From IMG/VR virus record IMGVR_UViG_3300001598_000039, positions 1 through 64,000 of that record: a DNA stretch of 64,000 nucleotides, one strand, 5' to 3'. The DNA is from a virus. Lineage: Duplodnaviria > Heunggongvirae > Uroviricota > Caudoviricetes. The position numbers were made by a program, and so were the translations under genes. Shown here piece after piece: positions 63,477-64,000 of this stretch. Positions within the stretch are counted from its first letter, which is position 1. Every line of letters starts with the position of its first letter. The notes beneath the pieces are model-generated. The model was not told where the DNA came from, ran no database searches, and saw only the letters and a list, made by a program, of their open reading frames with translations.

Positions 63477-63965
63477 TCAAGCGTTCTTGTTAACTTTGCT
63501 TTCGGCGAACTCTGTGAACTCCTTGAAGTAAGGAATCTGCTCAAGGAGGATGTCAATGAACTGGTGCCATTCGATGAGCTTGTGGTTCTTGCGCTGCCTG
63601 AACATATTGAGCAACACCTCGTAGTTCATCGAGCAGGTCGCTTTGTACAGATAGCCGGACGGGACATTCTGGCGGATCAAGCGGAAGGCACCATAGTCTT
63701 TAGTCTCGACGTAGGAGTCACGGACATCATTGAGCACCTCAGTCAGCTGAGCACGAGCCGCAATTAGACGTTCCTTCAACTCAGTTGGAATGTTGACATA
63801 CTCCAGGTCATCCATGCCAAAGTCCTTGTCTTCGTACGGCCTTGATGCTCCTTTGTGTTGGAAGCTGCATGAGTTACGGGTGACCGACTGCTTGTATGTG
63901 TCAAACTCAGCCCACCAGTAGAAAGGCGCAGTGATGTCCATCGTCACATGGATCTGGCGAAGCAT
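63477..63965 (-). CDS. Hypothetical protein (162 aa); the N-terminal boundary is uncertain near the window end
   Basis: Track ORF. Confidence 0.5.
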   Translation of the reverse strand: MLRQIHVTMDITAPFYWWAEFDTYKQSVTRNSCSFQHKGASRPYEDKDFGMDDLEYVNIPTELKERLIAARAQLTEVLNDVRDSYVETKDYGAFRLIRQNVPSGYLYKATCSMNYEVLLNMFRQRKNHKLIEWHQFIDILLEQIPYFKEFTEFAESKVNKNA

Positions 63966-64000
63966 CTTGCGGTGTTCAGACCCAGCGGTGATCAGCCGGC

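Noticed and set aside
1-64000. tRNA genes, in particular an amber suppressor, rRNA, integrase or transposase
   Set aside because: No T-loop or anticodon-arm-like sequences were recognised by eye in the intergenic regions, and no mobile-element signatures were found. A suppressor tRNA, if present, must lie outside this window. A manual scan cannot exclude one.

Overview
This window reads as a slice of a large tailed dsDNA bacteriophage genome of moderate-high GC. No rRNA, tRNA, CRISPR or transposase genes were found by eye.

Layout of the window:
- 1-3545: a leftward early arm. Small genes are each driven by a copy of a ~35-bp near-identical promoter, CTTAAGTTAAC-N13-TTTGTTATAAT (sigma70-like TTAACA-N17-TATAAT with extended TG), here called class I.
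- 3545-3577: a divergent promoter hub.
- 3577-11190: a rightward early arm with 19 more class I promoters driving about 21 mostly monocistronic small ORFs, several followed by hairpin terminators. Products include a histone-H1-like KA-rich protein, a highly acidic protein, zinc-ribbon peptides and small membrane peptides.
- 11190-12125: a ~930-bp repeat-rich non-coding region that starts with a 30-bp perfect palindrome made of two facing promoter boxes.
- 12128-46837: a mixed block transcribed mostly leftward. It uses two further promoter types. Class II is an extended -10, G(T/C)GTACAATA, placed 6-9 nt upstream of ATG, which implies leaderless mRNAs. Class III is a late-like motif (A/G)(A/G)GTAAATA(G/A) without a -35, reminiscent of the T4 late promoter TATAAATA.
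- 46907-56612: four consecutive tail-fibre-like genes that share 75-bp in-frame tandem repeats; the last also carries HAEG repeats.
- 56669-63965: a glycosyltransferase operon, an NAD-dependent DNA ligase and one further gene.

Recognisable products in the 12128-46837 block include:
- a WGR-PARP
- a MoxR AAA+ ATPase
- an HExxH metallopeptidase fused to a vWA domain
- a TROVE/DUF2828-like vWA protein
- a full-length DnaJ
- an SPFH/band-7 membrane protein
- a YqeY/GatB-domain protein
- two metallophosphoesterases
- a BspA-type LRR protein
- a DUF3310 protein
- a PD-(D/E)XK nuclease
- an Ntn (choloylglycine-type) hydrolase
- a nucleotidyltransferase joined to a SleB-like cell-wall hydrolase
- an NAD kinase
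- RmlC-like and RmlD-like enzymes
- several glycosyltransferases.

The most striking observation is recurrent in-frame TAG codons at late-gene junctions where coding clearly continues across the stop. One TAG splits a nucleotidyltransferase catalytic domain, a second joins it to the SleB-like hydrolase, and a third lies between two tail-fibre ORFs with repeat continuity across it. This suggests late-gene amber readthrough or recoding. A second candidate system is a co-oriented cluster combining MoxR, a vWA-metallopeptidase, PARP, a TROVE-like vWA protein, DnaJ, SPFH and YqeY, whose function is unknown. All calls are from reading the sequence and motif memory; no searches were run.
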